DNA of 32,000 nucleotides, taken from NCBI RefSeq assembly GCF_000025125.1, contig NC_013771.1, positions 115,254 through 147,253 of the forward strand, in the 5' to 3' direction. This stretch comes from Candidatus Atelocyanobacterium thalassa isolate ALOHA (GTDB lineage: Bacteria > Cyanobacteriota > Cyanobacteriia > Cyanobacteriales > Microcystaceae). The notes below the pieces were generated by a model. The model was not told where the DNA came from, made no database searches, and worked only from the letters and a program-made list of their open reading frames with translations. Position 1 is the stretch's first letter; each line of letters opens with the position of its first letter. The translations under genes were made by a program, and so were the position numbers. Positions 31,495-32,000 of the stretch are shown piece after piece.

Positions 31495-31914
31495 TTAATC
31501 GCTCTTTTGTGCTGGAACCATTACATTCTGTATGGTATAAGCAATTATGGCGATCTTATAAGTCAAAAATCCCAAGAAGACTGGGACAATGTAAAGTTTT
31601 TGCCATTGACTAGCCACGATGATCATAGCTGCAATTAGAATTAATCCTTTTTTACCTAGTTTTTGCTGTGAGGTTCCAACTTTCTCTACTTCTTTCGCTA
31701 ATATTTTTAGATAAACGATTCCTACAAGAGCTCCTAGTAAGTAATTAAGAGCCAAAAGCAAGGAATGAAATATCCAGACACATGTGAAGATGATTATTGT
31801 AAGTACTATACTTAGCAACATAAGCGTACGCTGCAACTGATAGTAATCCTTCATAAAATCTGTCTGAATTGTTTCCGTATCAGAAGCTTGAGAAATAGAC
31901 CTGGTTGATTGCAT
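31495..31914 (-). CDS. atpI: ATP synthase protein I (atp1), small membrane protein leading the operon
   Basis: 139 aa with 3-4 hydrophobic helices. It is the first gene of the operon, directly upstream of subunit a, as in cyanobacterial atp1 operons. The call rests on position and topology. Confidence 0.7.
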   Translation of the reverse strand: MQSTRSISQASDTETIQTDFMKDYYQLQRTLMLLSIVLTIIIFTCVWIFHSLLLALNYLLGALVGIVYLKILAKEVEKVGTSQQKLGKKGLILIAAMIIVASQWQKLYIVPVFLGFLTYKIAIIAYTIQNVMVPAQKSD

Positions 31915-32000
31915 ACAGTTACAGGTTTTTATTTAACTAAAAGTTAGCCTATCTTTAAAATCAAAGCTAATTTAAGTTTGTAATTCTAAGTGAGCTTCGT

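Noticed and set aside
30592-31638. ORFs 30592-30792 (+) and 31426-31638 (+)
   Set aside because: They run antisense into the subunit a and protein I genes. No RBS is present and the products have an unconvincing hydrophobic/low-complexity composition.

Overview
This is an AT-rich window that reads as ordinary cyanobacterial core genome. About 30 housekeeping genes are packed on both strands. On the + strand: the 3' part of an MlaD/MCE-like gene, pds-crtB (carotenoids), a short HicB-like ORF, ychF, a 33-codon petL-like ORF absent from the ORF track, and plsX-fabH-fabD. Next come hypD (-), sufE (+), a compact PBP4/DacB-like peptidase (-), tsaB (+) and a UPF0104-type membrane protein (+). An lpxA-lpxB-GTPase(DUF697-like) operon lies on the - strand, followed by ictB (+), an orphan ABC ATPase (-), a small acidic protein and mraY (+), tlyA (-), dnaN (+) and menD (-). 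The window ends with the complete cyanobacterial-type ATP synthase operon on the - strand (protein I, a, c, b', b, delta, alpha, gamma). I saw no rRNA, tRNA, CRISPR array, transposase, integrase or phage-like gene, and no multi-gene cluster of unknown function. I therefore do not claim a novel system here. The observations most worth a second look are modest. (1) The petL-like mini-ORF has a strong SD and a 17-bp perfect hairpin. (2) The PBP4-type peptidase appears to have cleanly lost the domain II/III insertion. (3) The HicB-like antitoxin ORF has no HicA partner. (4) A GTPase with a hydrophobic C-terminal domain sits 6 nt after lpxB. (5) TTG/GTG start codons are unusually frequent. (6) A stable hairpin lies directly after the atpA stop. 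(7) No DnaA boxes are visible upstream of dnaN. Gene content plus low GC suggests a low-GC unicellular cyanobacterium, possibly a genome-reduced N2-fixing symbiont or the Cyanobacterium/Geminocystis group. That cannot be settled without a database search. All family assignments come from motif recognition by eye, not from searches.
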